Counted from the first letter of the whole stretch, positions 39,401-54,838 are shown. The stretch: DNA of 63,175 nucleotides, filler included, from Trichosphaerium sp. ATCC 40318 (GCA_038496445.1; 3 parts of 3 records of this genome joined end to end with filler, not necessarily neighbours in it), one strand, 5' to 3'. Made by a program: numbers and translations. The notes: generated by a model not told the origin, from the letters alone.

Positions 39401-40686
39401 GGGATAATGATTAGGACTAAGTAAATGAATATGTTGAATTTTTTTTTCAATGTTTCAAAAAAAAGTTCATTGTACCCTGCCTGAGCAAAAGAATGCGCAA
39501 GAGAATCAGAGCGATTGGCGGGGATTTATAGCATAGAATTCCTTCTAGTTCTACACAAGCAACATCATCGACAACAACCCAACCATTACAATTTATTTCC
39601 AATCCAACTGAAAAAAAAAATAAGAAAACAGAAATCAAAACCCATTTTGTATTTCTATTTACTTACGTCCAAACCAGAAGTCTGATATTGGAATCAACGA
39701 CTCACCTGTTATTCTCATTAATGCAAGAATAATTATTATTTGAAAAGGTGTGACTTGTGTCGAGTAGGTCTCAATATTACGTACGAGGAAAAGTAACGTC
39801 GCCTTTTACTGTTTCGGCTATTTCGTTTTCAAACGCCAAAATTAATGTGCCATCCCATTCTCCTTTACCTGCTTCAAGTGACATAGTACGAAGTTCTGAG
39901 CAACACAAGGATAGTCCATCTTGAGAGTTTGTAGCAGTGTTCAAACCTATTGAAACAGTGTAAATACATTTGGAGCTCAAGCAGCAAATGATGGGCGCCC
40001 AGAAACAAAAGTATCTAATCAAAGTGTACCCACTTTAGCCTTTACATTGGCTGATAGTTCTAGATCTATCCACAAGTAAATCAAGTTCAAATCAGAACCA
40101 AGGTCTACAAAGTCTGTAAACAAAGAAATCCTCCAACATTTGTTTTTTGTCAGTTCAACTTGAAATCACGTGCCAGTTGATTTGTAAAGTATTGTGACCT
40201 TATCGCAAGTCCCTGGATTCTCTACCTGCGCGTTGAATACTGCACCGTTTCGAGGAACAATGATAGAGCTAAGAAGGAGAAAAAGTTAATTTTTGTTTAC
40301 AAAAAAAACTCTGGTATTGTACGGAACTTACCTGTCCGTATCATCTATGCAATAAGAAATCGGTGTGCCATCTTGTAGTATTTTTTAGGCGTTTTTAACG
40401 AATGACAAAGACATACCAAGACAAGGGTAATTACTACCGTTGCAACATCGTTTAAATCGTGGATACGCATCGATATCGCCAGTACAAGACGTATTAACAA
40501 ACACCGGCTCTGAATAATCTATTTCAAACGTAGTGCCAAAGTATTGCGCTCCTTTTATGTTTTAGCGTTATTAGAGTCGTTTTACGTACCAAATACATTA
40601 CTTTCAGCTTCGATTGCCACAACGCGTTCAATCCTGGGCGCAGCGCGTGATAAGCCTACCAGGAACAGTAGAAGCACAATGCGCAT
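33488..40686 (-). CDS. Very large Cys-rich ectodomain receptor with C-terminal multi-pass (about 7 TM) domain
   Basis: Signal peptide MRIVLLLFLVGLSRA, many Cys-rich exons from 35600 to 40500, successive TM exons from 33700 to 34980 (DRAVFFLL, LPYYFLL.., EVPPIVVI). Single-gene status not verified exon by exon. Confidence 0.6.
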
Positions 40687-40959
40687 TTATTGATCAGAGA
40701 AAAAACGTAACAATAACTCCCTTTTCGTGTATTTATACGCAACGGCCCGGCAATAGTCCTTACAATGTTTGTTAAGTAGCCGCTTTACTAAATGCGCACA
40801 ACCAAATTAAGCATTCAGAAGAAAAATAAACGGGCTAACTTAGCTCCGCTTGGTTATGTAGAACTCAGTAGTAATGTAGTACGACAATACTTAGAGGCAT
40901 AGTACATTTTGTGAGGACAAAGAAAACTCCAAACGGAACGATTTTCTAGTTTTTTACAC

Positions 40960-43232
40960 GTGTTGTTGAGAAGTCGTATTCGGGAGGTATTTGCGCTAGT
41001 TTTCTCTTGATTTCTTGTTAGGTTATTGTCTTATCAAACATATGTTTACTAGATTGCAATAGTTGTCTATTCCACAAAGGGTTTTGTTTAGTAATAAATA
41101 AGATAATGTTGATTTACCTTTGTGATGACTTCTTTTGTAGTCCGTTGTCTTCAAAGCTCTCCCAGTTCCATTTAAACTCGGGATAAGCCACTTCTAATAT
41201 TCTAGGATAATTTGGAATTAAACTTACTGCTCCTAACTGAACAAGTTGGTATGTAGCGATGCGATACCTGTTTTTTTTTGTTATTATTTTTTTGCATTTT
41301 TCGAATTATTTTACACGTACCACGCTTCTATGTTTGGTATGCTCAGTTTTTCTTCAGCATATCTCACAAATCCTATAATGTTTTCGGCAATCTCCCAATA
41401 CCCTCTTGGGGTTGTCTTCGTTTTAGGACGTAACCTAAACGGGAATATTAAACGACAGAAAAAATTAGGAATAACATACTTGAAGGAGTTCTCATGCCAT
41501 GAGAATTTTGGATATAATGTCTTCAACGTTTGGTAGAGACTGCCGTATCTACATTCAATTTGATTACTAGATTTAAGACAACGAAGATCAACATACTGTT
41601 GTGTTATCCACTGTAACTTTCCATGTTCAAAAAGTTTTTTAGGTGAACAATCATGCCAATTATCTAACGCGTGGAATCTCATCTTTTCGCTTACACTATT
41701 TATTCTTGATCGTTGATTATCTTCATTAAACCAATAACCATTAGGGACAGTCCTTAAGTTCATATAAGTCAAAGGACTCCAAACGCACATTGCTAAAAAG
41801 ATCGCACGAAAACTTTTCCACATCCCAATCATGTTCAGGGTATACAGCCATTAGAAACGTAGAGTATGAATTGCCATAGCTTTAAAAGTTAGCTAAAGGT
41901 TATGCATTATGATATCGTACTTGCTGAGTATCATTCTTGTTCTATTTCCCAGCACATCTTGAGGTGTTACTGAGTAGAAATCATCAAGTGTTTCAATTCC
42001 AAGCTCAGATCTGCTTGTTTCGAGAATTGATCTGTGGTGTTGCAGAAGACTTGTAGGTGGCGGTTGACGTTTTACTCGTTTTTTCCTACTCCTACTGTAT
42101 GTGCGTGAGTATCACATTATGTTCAATATGTACGCACTTTATGTAAAACTCAGTGACGTCCCAGCGATGCTCTGGATACAGATTTAGGATCATATCTATC
42201 AAAGAGTTGTATCTTTAGATCTATTAGTGTCTTGTAATACTTAGTTTCGTATGATGTACCTTGATATTACTCCTGACACTCCTTTAGATATAACATTTGC
42301 ATGAGGTATACTATACCAACCATCATAGGTAGTAACTCGTAGCTCCTCCGAAATAACGTCCAGTAGTTGCCTTTGATTTTCAACGTCATCCCAGTGATTT
42401 TGAGATTGTTTCCTAGTCACGTGTGAGTACCTACATCCCACGTGACCAAAACATGTGTATCGTACGCAAATTTTGTAGTGTCCCACTTAAATTGTGGGTA
42501 TAAAGCTACAAGTGAAGCCGGTAGAGAAGCGTCGTGTCTATTTGTATTATAACTTGTTTTAAACTAAAGTTCTACTTACTGCTTCAGGATTGGGCGACCA
42601 CCGTTACTCTCCACTTGACATGTGAATACACTATACCAATCATCAAGTGACTTGACATTTAGTTGCAGCGCTATTTCATTCAATTTGGTTGTTTGTTTGC
42701 ACGGCAGATTCCAGTCAATGTTTGTTCTAAAGAAAACCAGTCTGTCAACAACCAACTGACATTTAATAACAAGCACGTACCTAACCCTCTTTGCTGGATC
42801 TACTGCTGTAGGGTTAAAGGCTAATAACAGATTTGTAATTGATCCGTTAAATCTAAGCAGTGTAAGCGCTATTTATCATAGTGGTGGCGTTGTAGCGGTA
42901 TGTGAAGCTAAAATGAGTAATTTAATTGACAGTACTAACTTTGATAGTAAATACTTTCCGCCAGCCTTTATTACGCGCGTATGTGTGACTTTTCGCCAAT
43001 CTTCGTGAGTTTCAACGCCCAGTCTGGTACTTAGGCGCGTGAAAACGCGCTTTAACGAAGCTAGCTGCTCTAAAATAATATAAGAGGTGGTTAATAGCAA
43101 AAGCGCTAGTGCCTGGTGAAAAGTCCGCAAAACGAGCATGACTTGCGCTTGCAACACGCATGTACGCATTGAATCTGCTTCAGAACAATGTTGTAAAACA
43201 ACTTTTCGCTTCAGGTTAAGTTTGACGCTCAT
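40960..43232 (-). CDS. Trp-rich tandem repeat protein, copy B
   Basis: Same unit as copy A (VPNGYW, TPRGYW, LDDWYSV, YP..KW) repeated about 7 times across exons. Boundaries approximate. Confidence 0.7.
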
Positions 43233-43318
43233 TCAAATAATGTAGTACAGTTCGTTTAGTACAACAACCACTGTAGAATAATAAACGACTACTACAAAGC
43301 GTGTAGCTACGATCTACA

Positions 43319-44519
<1,201 letters not shown>

Positions 44520-44697
44520 AATAAACAACCTGATTTCACTTTGTTCTCGCTTTGAAATACATGTAACTCTCTGTACACCGTTGTGTGATTCAATGAGTGT
44601 ATGGTCCTATCACTCGGAGAAGATGGCTAAAGACTATGTCGCAGACAGCGACATCTTTTTGAATAATGTGAAGATGCGATTTTTTATTGATAAGGTT

Positions 44698-44857
44698 TTA
44701 GACACTTTCCATTTGCCAGTGTTGGTTTTGGTTGCCGTTGTTTGATGACCACAAATAAACGTTTTGAACATTGCTACCACCATTGCCGCCGTCAATAGAG
44801 AAGCCATTTGCGTTTCTCTTTTCAAGTCTAAACCTGCCGTTTGACAATGAAACTTTT
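44698..44857 (-). CDS. 3' end of a ricin-B lectin domain protein, truncated by the gap
   Basis: FRLEKRNANGFSIDGGNGGSNVQNVYLWSSNNGNQNQHWQ* carries the QxW motif. Confidence 0.7.
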
Positions 44858-44957
44858 NNNNNNNNNNNNNNNNNNNNNNNNNNNNNNNNNNNNNNNNNNN
44901 NTTAATTAATTAANNNNNNNNNNNNNNNNNNNNNNNNNNNNNNNNNNNNNNNNNNNN
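44858..44957. other. Artificial contig spacer
   Basis: N-run with TTAATTAATTAA. Confidence 0.98.
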
Positions 44958-45317
44958 ACCTGTAAAGCGAAACCGGATGTGAAAAAATTACTAATGGATC
45001 TGGAATATAACCGGAAGCAAGTTTTCTTTAAACAATTTTGTCTTATTTAAATAAACTATTGTGGGAAACATAAAAACATGTTGTTAGCATTAGTAACCTC
45101 AAAAAGAATACTTATGTGATTTCGTTCTTTTTTTTTTCACAAAATCAGAAAACTAACTGTTTTTTGACGACCAACAACTCATTGAAAGGTTGAATTTGAA
45201 CAGAAGCTGTATTTTTTACCATAGTTAGTGAGTTTATAAGTCGTTGTCAGTTGTAAACTTGACAAACAAGTATGAAATTTAGGAATATAGTACAATGTCT
45301 ATCTGTAAACTTTTGCT

Positions 45318-46623
45318 TTAAAACACTAACCCAATGATAGAAATTAGCACAACCATAAATGTGCTTGTAGTCTAGGAAAGAAGTAAGCGAAGATACGAGT
45401 GAATTGTTTGTTTAACGTACAAGAGAAGACACAGCTGACAAGTTTCCAGAATCAGGTGCTAGCGTAGATCCACTTGTAGGTGCGATAGTGGTACCCATCG
45501 TAGGCGCTACAACTCCTATTGTAGGTGACGCTGTCATGGTAGGAGAATCATTTGGTGCTTCAGGAGTAGTGTTTGAAGAAGTACAATACCCGGAATCAAT
45601 AGGTAAACCATTTGGAAATGAAATAGAAGCAGAAAACCCAGGCAAAACACCAGAAATAGCAGTACCCGTGCAGGTAGTTAGACCTCCTCTGATGTTATAT
45701 GGAGTGTTATCTGAGCTGTCAATACATCCTTTGAGACACATTGGTACAAATGGGAAAAATTCTGGTGTTGGAAGCGGATCAACAGGTGTAGTGCAGTCGT
45801 CCTCGCTGCTAGCTTTGTGATATTGTCCCATCATATAGTAACGATAAACGTAGTCATCTATAGCACCGGTATCATCAAAGTAACCACCACATTCATCAGC
45901 GCATACTGTGGCACCAGCAGTACTGAGAGAGCATTTCTTCATCATAACACCTCCTGGCCCACGTGGCCCATACACCGGAAATCCATCTAAGGCGTATCCA
46001 AGAAGTGGTGAGTGATCTGTCTCGGTTTGATTTAGTTGAGCCATTAAACACGATGGAGGGATATGAGAATGATAAGAACCAACGCCTAAAAAAAAGTTAG
46101 ACAAAAGTTTAAAAAAACGAAGAGCGAACATACCTTGTGCTGCATGACAACCGCATTCATCAAACGTGTCACCTTCTACAGCTGCAGCTGTAGTATCATA
46201 GTCAATAGCAGCAGTCTTACCTCCGTAGGAAGACCACAACATAGCATTACTGAAGAGCATTCCAATAGCACCAGGATGATCGCTTAAATCTTGGTTTACA
46301 GCTGGATCATACTTTGGTGTTTTAGGTATTACAAAGGTAGTGTTTCCAAACGAAGCCGGGTTCGGATTAATCCTTGTGTACTTATGGTTTGGGCAATGGT
46401 TTGTTGATATTGTTCTCGCTCCAGTGTTAGAATCGAAGTACTCACGGTAGTAGTAATCAGTGCCGTCTGTAGCACAAGGAATGATTTCTGCTGTAGGCGG
46501 TTCGTTCATTGTTGGCCTTTGACAGCTACATAGTGCAACAAGTGCTTAAAACGCATTAGTATGCGAATAACATTGATTTCCTTGCAATATACCTGTTAAT
46601 AGTATGAACGTTTTAGTATCCAT
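45318..46623 (-). CDS. YHYH-domain secreted or anchored protein
   Basis: TNHCPNH, FDECGCH, YHSH.PPSCL, HSPLLGYALDGFPVYGP, DECGG and YRYY, then a S/T/P stalk and hydrophobic C-terminus. Confidence 0.85.
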
Positions 46624-47703
46624 TCTAAGAGTTGTGTTGATATGTGTTTGCGTATTGAGAAACTTTCTATTTTGATAAGTTTCAATAAATTGCTTAGTTT
46701 GTAACGCTATATTTTGTCCGAAACCTGCGGACACAATAAAAGCTGATTTCTCTTGGTTTAACCACTATAACCCCCTAGGTAGCATGTTACAAGTAAGAGG
46801 AATAGTGTAACGGCCATTCCTAGAGCAACAAACTTATTCGCTTCCCGTTAGCTACATACGCGCCCACTACATTTTAGTAGCGGACAGAAGCAATTACAAG
46901 TAGTTTTGTAGTTTTATTTTGTTTGGCTTCTACTGTATTGTATATTTGGCAATAGTCGGTGTTAGTGTAAAACATGGCGTATGCCGCTGGTATCGGTACA
47001 TACTTGCCGAAAAGTTCGGACCGAAACTTGTGTACTAAACCTATACCTAACTGAGGCTCATCGGTTTCCAGGCTATCTAGAGATGTTAATGCAATTACCA
47101 CTGAGAGTTGTTTGGACGCTAGTAAAGCAAACTGTTAAAATGCCCGCAACTTGCCTCGTAAAATGTGTACAATAAAACGGAAAGTGACGTAACGATCGCT
47201 CCGTCAATTGTTGTACACAGCCTTCTAAGTAGTTTGGTATACCAAAGAAACATCCACGTTCACCCACATAACATATTGTCATTGAGTGACTTGATTTAAA
47301 TTTCTTTGATGAGTCTTGTTGAAGCAAACTCACCAAGTAAACAAAGCAAAAATTGTTTCAAATACACGTACATTTCTTATTAACACGTGCAGGCTATGTT
47401 TGCTATTATTCTTTGTAGTATAGCTCTTGGAGGTATCTACAGGCTACTGGAGGCGTAAGGCAATTCGAAAAAGGTAACCACGTGCACAGGAATACGCATT
47501 TGGTTTATGGAGCAACAGCCAGACCAACTCCTCTTCACCAAGTACTTTCCAACAGAACCACACAGTATTCTCCACGCATAGAGTACTTCTCTAGCTTCTC
47601 TTGCAACAAACAGTTAGATTTGGGCAGAGACCCGATTTGGCTGGAAAATTGTCTGTACTTTTCTTGCCAAAATTAGTGCTATTACGTTAGAATTGCTTCG
47701 CTG

Positions 47704-50001
47704 ATGCAACTTCACCGCGCATTGTTAGTTGCGGCATGCATCGCCCTCACACTAGCCGCTGTAGCTTTACCAAAGGCTAATAGCGATAGAAGCTTCGTAG
47801 AAACCCACAAGCCAAAGAAAGTTGATCTCGGTACGCTTTTGTGAGGTTTTGAAGATTAGTAACGTTTTTTAGGCTGGTCTTTCCACGCCCACGCTGATTT
47901 TAGCCAAAAACGCAAGTTTATCCTTGCGGTACAACAACAAAACGGAGATGAGCTCGAAAGCATCTTTTGGTACGTTTTTTTTGCTTGTGCGTCAAAACAA
48001 ACCCACGCAATCTCAGCAACCACCACTCGCTCTAACTAATCATTAGGGAAGTTACCAACCCTCAACACCCAAACTATGCTAAATACTTATCCATCGATGA
48101 TTTGACCAACCTCCTTGCTCCTACTGATAGCGACCTCTTCGTTGCTGTCAACTTCTTGCGTAAAAACGGTATCTTTGAGTACTCTCTAACCAAGAACCGC
48201 GATTTCATTTCATTCGAAACAACCCTCGAACACGCTCGTGAGCTCTTTGAGGCTGAGTTCCATACATTCAAACATGCTGATAGCGGTCGCACTTATGTCA
48301 CCTCTCTTGGCCCTTACACACTACCAACAGAGGTTGCTGGTGTTATTGACTTTGTTGCTGGTATTACTGGGTAAGTATGACTCCTACAAATTGATTTTGA
48401 AGTGAGATATTAACTGTTTTGTTTATCATTAGATTTCCATTAATGAAAAAATCCATGCTCACCAAGCAAAGAAAGTTTGGAGCATATGAACTTGGTCCTA
48501 AGGATCTCATCCGTCGTTACAACGTAACAATGACTGGTGGTAAAGCTAAAGGAAACGCTCAATCTGTAGCTGAATTCCAAGTACGTCAAGAGAGACTAAA
48601 CACTCGCCAAACGCATGTACAAGTACTCATTTTTGTTTAGGGTCAATACTACAGTCCAGCTGATTTGAAAACATTCTTCAAACAATTCCAAAAGGAATAC
48701 ACAGACTACGATACTGTAACAAAGGTAGTAGGCCAAAATATTGGTTCCTCACCAGGTCCAGAAGCTACTCTTGATATCCAATACATTATGGGTGTTGCAC
48801 CTAAAGTACCAACATGGTTCTGGAGGTTAGTTGCGCGAATCTGATTTTTTTATTTTTATTTCCGTCTCTACTCAACAAAACCGTCTTTTGACACTTTCTT
48901 AGTAACCCTCAAATGGACTTCTGGGGTGATATCACTGCTTGGTTATCTCAAATGGACGATGAATCAAACAATCCTCTAGTACACTCTGTAAGTTACGGTT
49001 TACAAGGAAACTATCCTTCTAAGGCATACCGTGCACGTATCAACACTGGATTCAAGAAACTCGGTGTTCGTGGTATTTCCATCATCTTCGCTTCAGGAGA
49101 TTCCGGTACTGGTTGCAACCTTTGCTATTACTTCGAACCTAGCTTCCCAGGCACGTTTTATCCGATTACTACCTCCTACTGACTTATTATTTAGCTACTT
49201 CTCCTTATGTAACATCTGTTGGTGCTACTAGATTCTTGTACGATCATGTCGGACCAGAGGGTGCCGTAGAAGCATTCGGTATGTAAATTTTTTTTGCGAT
49301 TGGCTCTTTTTTGTTTTCTGATTTTTTTTATTTGTTAGGCTCTGGTGGTGGTTTCTCTTGGGACTTTACAACTGCTCAGTACCAAGCTACTGCTGTTAAG
49401 AATTTTTTTGCTACTGCAAAGAACCTTCCAAGCGCTCACTACTACAACGCTGCTGTACGTCAATTTTCATGACTTTTGACCACTAGTTGTGGCTAGTTTA
49501 CAATCACGTGTACTTATCTTTTATTCTTCTTAAGGGACGCGGTACTCCTGATGTTGGTGCTATGGGTATTGGATTTAGTATTATCCTCAACGGGGATACA
49601 AACAGGTTCGTAGTTGATTAAAAAGAATCATTTATAAAAAAGCTTCTAACTTTGCATGTTTGTAGCATTGGTGGTACATCTGCCTCCGCTCCAACATTTG
49701 CTGGTATTGTATCTCTTCTTAACGAAGCACAACTACTTGCTGGAAAGCCTCCACTTGGTTTCTTGAACAACTGGATCTACCAAGTACGCTAAAACAAACA
49801 CAAAACAATTTAAAAACTATCCACCTAATATTTTTCTTCTAGACTGCCGCTGCTCATCCTGATGCATTTTTCGATGTAACCAAAGGTAACAACCGTCACG
49901 GTTGCTGTGGACTTGATGGATTCATCTGCCAACCTGGTTGGGACCCTGTAACAGGTGTTGGTACACCAAACTTTGGTGTATTGAAGACACTTTTGCCTTA
50001 A
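47704..50001 (+). CDS. Sedolisin / tripeptidyl-peptidase I (peptidase S53)
   Basis: Signal and pro-domain, [42 protein letters not shown] and [11 protein letters not shown]. Confidence 0.95.
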
Positions 50002-50989
50002 AAAGCCAAACAATTACATAGCCATTTCGTTTTGTCATAGACAAAAAACAATAGTTTTATTTTAAAGGACGTAGTCCACATTATGTGATAACTGAACGCA
50101 TAAAATAAACGCACTGAGTTCTTGGCAATGCTGCTTGATTTATTTGAAGGCTTGTTACCAAGTGAGTGACAAAAAGAGCAAAGAACATTCGTTTCAAAAA
50201 AACCTCGCTAGCAGAAGCCAGGTTATGCTCAACTGTACAATCTACTCTATTTATTGAAACAAGTGCCTAAAGAACTAATAGAGAACTGAGAGAAAACTGA
50301 CACCATTTAAACAAAAGTAAAGATAAGGAATTTCTTCTTCTTTGTTCGATGAAGCAATGTACCTTGTTGTACGAACAAGGATTTAAAGATTGGAAGCGAT
50401 GAGTCCCATTTGTTGAATTTTTACTCTGAGAGCCTTTTTCGTAAGTTCCTGGCTTAATGTTCCAGCAAATAATATTAAACTTCGCATTGAGTGCTGCACG
50501 TGACGTAGAAATGAAAACTGGTAGAAAGAGGGTTCTGACTGACGATAACATCCAAGAAACGCGAAACGGCACAAAGCGCCTCTTGGCATTAAACTAACAC
50601 CGGATATTCTGCTTTGTAAGGTTTTAGACAAGGTACAACAAAACCGTATCTAGATAAGCCTAATAAACTTTTAGACAGACAAAGGGAAGCTTGTACCTTT
50701 AAATGTTATGGTTAAATTATCTAATGGAAAACCGGTTGGCTTTGTCACGTGTCGACACCTAAACGTACAAGTTTTTTGTGAAAACAAAAAGCCAATAAAT
50801 AATTCTTACTGTCGTAGAAACACGGAGAGCCGGTTGGCAATGAACAGTGTTTAGCAGTAAACAATGACGGAAAGATAAATATTGCTGAAGCTCTTTCAGC
50901 AAGACAGTACGTATTGTCATACCCTTCATACGCTGAAACCTAACGTGTAAACAATAGACCAAAAGAAACTTCATACGTCCGTATCACTT

Positions 50990-52251
50990 CACAGACGTTC
51001 TCTAAAACGATCCCAGTTGGGTTCTATCGAGGGCCTAGCACCAAAAAAGGTCTTCGCACTTGTATAAAGCGGTTGTGGCCTCTCTACAAGGTAATGAAAT
51101 CGTGGCCAAATTAGTCTCACAGGTTTTTAGAAATCTGTTAGACCAGAAGATATTCCTGATGGAGTACGCAATTGGCTGGAATGGTATCATGATGAATCTC
51201 CCTATAAGACAAGTAAAGCAAAGTGGGACTTAGGAGATAGTTTAGCTTTAAAGTACGTAAAAACTCTTTTACACCAATAAAGTAATTCTAAATTGTAGTG
51301 AAAACACTTGTGGTGATCACATAGCTACGATGTTTGAATTTTATATGCTATACATGGGAGGCAAGAACTGCATATCAACATTTTGGAGAAATCTATTTGA
51401 GGAAGGCAAAATCCACGTGTTCTTACAAGAGGAAGAAAAGCAGCGCCTTTGTCGTGAAAACGATAGAGTCTTTGAGTGCGTACAAAAGACAATCTTTTTT
51501 TTTGTGGAAGTAAATCACTTGCTAATTTCTGACTTTCTCTTTAGATTATCGTTAAAACATCCTCGTTGTATTACTGTTACGTCAAAGAATAGTACAAAAG
51601 AATACGGCCTTGAAAGGTATCCTTCATTCTCAACTGAAGATAAACTAGACAGATTGGAACAAGAGAATAAGAGTTTAAAACAAGAGAATGAGAGTTTAAA
51701 ACAAGAGAATATGAGATTAAAAAAAGAAATTGCTAAACTCAAGAGAAACAAAAAACAAGAGGTTATTGGCAGCAAAGAACACTGTGACGCAAACACTGGC
51801 GCAATCTATAATCACGACGCAAGCACTTGCCATAATTCCCCAAAATTGGGTACTGTGCATAGCAGTGACCCAACGCCCGAGCGCAGTACTCCATCCAATA
51901 CGGTAAGTGATATGTACAATTTTTTTTCGTTGCCTTTCTTCTTCTAACTTTGAAAAAGATCACAGACAATGGTGTAGCACGCTCCAATTCCATTCGAGAT
52001 ACACTCATGGAAGATACGCCGATCAGCGAACAAGATGTTGATGATTGGGCTAATTCTTGTGATAAAACTTCAATGCATAAAACGCTTTAAAGTTCTTGTA
52101 GGGACTATCACACTTGTTTTCTTGCAATCCTCTAGAAAACAAATCGATCACTTACAACTAGAAGAGAGATAAAAGCGATTTAATTCTATCCAGATAAAGG
52201 TAAGTTTCAGTTTGCTGAAATCCTACGGTCTAATGTGTCTTAGGTGGATAA
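50990..52251 (+). CDS. Hypothetical multi-exon protein with a coiled coil
   Basis: GT-AG-bounded open exons; LEQENKSLKQENESLKQENMRLKKE is encoded by a 21-nt triplication. Start not located. Confidence 0.45.
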
Positions 52252-52424
52252 AACTAAAATGCTTTCCATCTCTCTTCTATTGTATGGAATTGATAACATA
52301 TTGTGTTGTTTGATAGTTTCTGCTCACAAGAAGAAACCCAAAATAAACAAAATTTCATGTCACAAAAGCCTACAGTAATTTTTCGTCTTATACGTTGTTT
52401 AAGTACTATTACCGTAACAGGCAA

Positions 52425-53384
52425 TGTTGGGCTGTGGAGGTTGTAAAGCGATCACTGTCTTTGGTACTCATACTCTCAAGTTGAATGTCACGTGATAGTT
52501 TGGCTACTGGAACTTTGCTGGCGCATGTTTGGAATAAGAAAGGAGCTCTGGTATAGTTATTAGATGGTGCCCTAAGGCATCGTATTACAAGGTTAGCTTA
52601 TCCCATTTAGGTTATATGTATCTTACATTCAACCACGTATAGTATCAAAATATGTAGCCACCAGTGAAGGCGCTCTATCATCGTGTTGGTATTCTACGAT
52701 TTTATTAAAGATCACAGTTAAAAATGACTATTTAGGCGTGAGAGGTTTGTAAATGCAAGATAATTAGGTGCGTACCAAGAACCGGGAAAACTAAAGCATT
52801 TGCTTTACCATCAGTAGAATACTCAAAGGTATATAGTGTGTCAGCAACTTTATCATCATCAGCGCTATCACCAATGACCATAGTATCACTTATCCTAAGG
52901 TGTAATAATAACGAATTTGTTTCTTGTTAAGGAGGTTGGAAATCAGAACTCAAACTAAGGCTCCATTGAGTTGAAAATAGAGTAGTTCAACTTAGAATGC
53001 CAAGTGGTGATTCAATAGAAGCTGACTTGTTGAAACAACGGGTGGTGGCTAACATGATGAGAATAGTACACTCCTATTGCTGATGTGATCAAACCATCAG
53101 TGTTATCTTGATCATACATCCACAAACTTTAGATACTTGCAACGAAGGAGCACATAACCTATGGTCACAATTTTTGTATGAACTCTGCAACTAGTGCTAA
53201 CCTAGCTGCCGATTGCTGGTACAAATGTGGAACAATCGATAGAAGTGGCACCCCTGTAATTCCTACAGAACCTCCAACAAATGCTCCAGCAGAGACTTCT
53301 ACTGAGCCAACTTCAGCGCCAACTATACAAATCATCAACAACAGTGTTACATATGATACTTACTTTGCAACTGAGGTGCTCTGA
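52425..53384 (+). pseudogene. Possible decayed LamG plus P/T-stalk surface-protein gene
   Basis: Fragments HVWNKKGALV*LLDG and PTEPPTNAPAETSTEPTSAP interrupted by stops. Confidence 0.3.
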
Positions 53385-53519
53385 ACGCTCAAGAACTTGT
53401 TGTGACGTGACAGATACATACGTTGTGTTTGTGCCAGACCTCGCTAAGCTAAGAACGGATCTACAAAATGGGTAGCTAAGCTCATTTTTCTTAACTGGTT
53501 AAGCACCTAAACGGTTAAC

Positions 53520-54256
53520 TTATTTTAACATTGGGTTTTGCATGAACCAAGCATTTATCCTATCAATGCACTCATCTGAAATACCTCCCTTTATATATTG
53601 TAGAGTATCAAGTCCTGTTAGTGCTTCTATACCAACGTCTGTCATGTTGTCATTTCCAACAACAATTGTGAACACCTGCAAGTGATTTTATTCCTTCATC
53701 TATCACTGAGCAACAGTCAAGGCAAATGATAGCAGATTGATGAACACCAGTTAAGGCTTTGATACCCTCATCTTAACTGCGAAACAATTATCAAGGGTAG
53801 TATGGTGCACTTTAAGTGTCTTGATACTTTCACCTGTCGCATGATCGCAATCAGAAAGCTTAATAGTGTGAACTCCAGCAAGTGATTTGATACCTGCATT
53901 GCTTATCTTGTGACAGTAGTTGAGGTTAATAGTATGAACGCCACTCAGTGCTTTTACACCTTCATCTGTAACAAACTTACAGAAATTAAGGTTAATTGTA
54001 TGGATACCATTCAATGCTTTAATACCTTCGTCCGTCAGACTATGACAGGAGCTAATATCCGAAAAGTTAGTGTGATAAAACTACCAATAAAACTGAAGAT
54101 CCCTGACTTTGACGAATGCAGAGCTTAATTCAGCTCCACCGTTAAATTTTGAACTATTTCAAACATGTCGTCAAGTGTGGAATATCTTGCTTAAATAGTT
54201 TGGTTGTATCCTTCGCATCCCACGTGTTTTTAAACAAGGTACTAACTCTGACCATT
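53520..54256 (-). pseudogene. Leucine-rich repeat gene (VHTINL..C..ITD.GIK.L), frameshifted
   Basis: About six 22-aa repeats; the repeat continues in shifted frames near 53770 and 53665. No introns seen. Confidence 0.7.
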
Positions 54257-54316
54257 GTCGCTTTTTAATCAAAGTCGATGTTAAAATTGTCAGCGCATAG
54301 AATCATGTCACGTGAT

Positions 54317-54838
54317 TAGAGATGGCAGAAATACCAGTCCGAACCGGTTCCAGACTGAAACGCAAAAGACCGGTCTCCAAACGGTCCAAACGGTCCGTTG
54401 TCAAAGGAAGTACCCTTGGAAAATCGGGAAAATAGCCGAAAAAGGGACTTTTGTCAAAGGGTACTACTCCCTTGGATTTTTATCGGTCCAAACGGTCCCC
54501 GTCACAAAATCTCAGAGGCATCCATCCATCAACCTACTCACTGTGTGCATGCACATAAGGTGGCTGTACACTTTTGTGGTGGATTTTTTTTCATAAGCTA
54601 AAATAGTTGAAACTATTATTTCACGTAAGTAATGCACCTTTTTACATTTTTCTATGTGCGCACAAAGAGATAAAAGAGGTTTTAATCAAAAGAAAGTAGC
54701 TGGTGGTTCAAAAAGAAGCCAACAACTTTGATGTTCACTGAATGAATACTGGTCTTGTTCTAAATCACGGACCGGTTACGGACCGAAAACCGATATCTTG
54801 AAACCGGACCGGTATCGGACCGGTATTTGCCACCTCTA
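54317..54838. mobile_element. Non-autonomous hAT element (522 bp)
   Basis: TIRs tagagatggcagaaataccagtccga and tcggaccggtatttgccacctcta; 8-bp TSD CACGTGAT at 54309-54316 and 54839-54846; subterminal ACCGG/CGGTCC repeats; BED-finger-like remnant on the minus strand. Confidence 0.92.

Noticed and set aside
46740-47690. Short ORFs between the YHYH and sedolisin genes
   Set aside because: Could not assemble a consistent spliced product; left unannotated.
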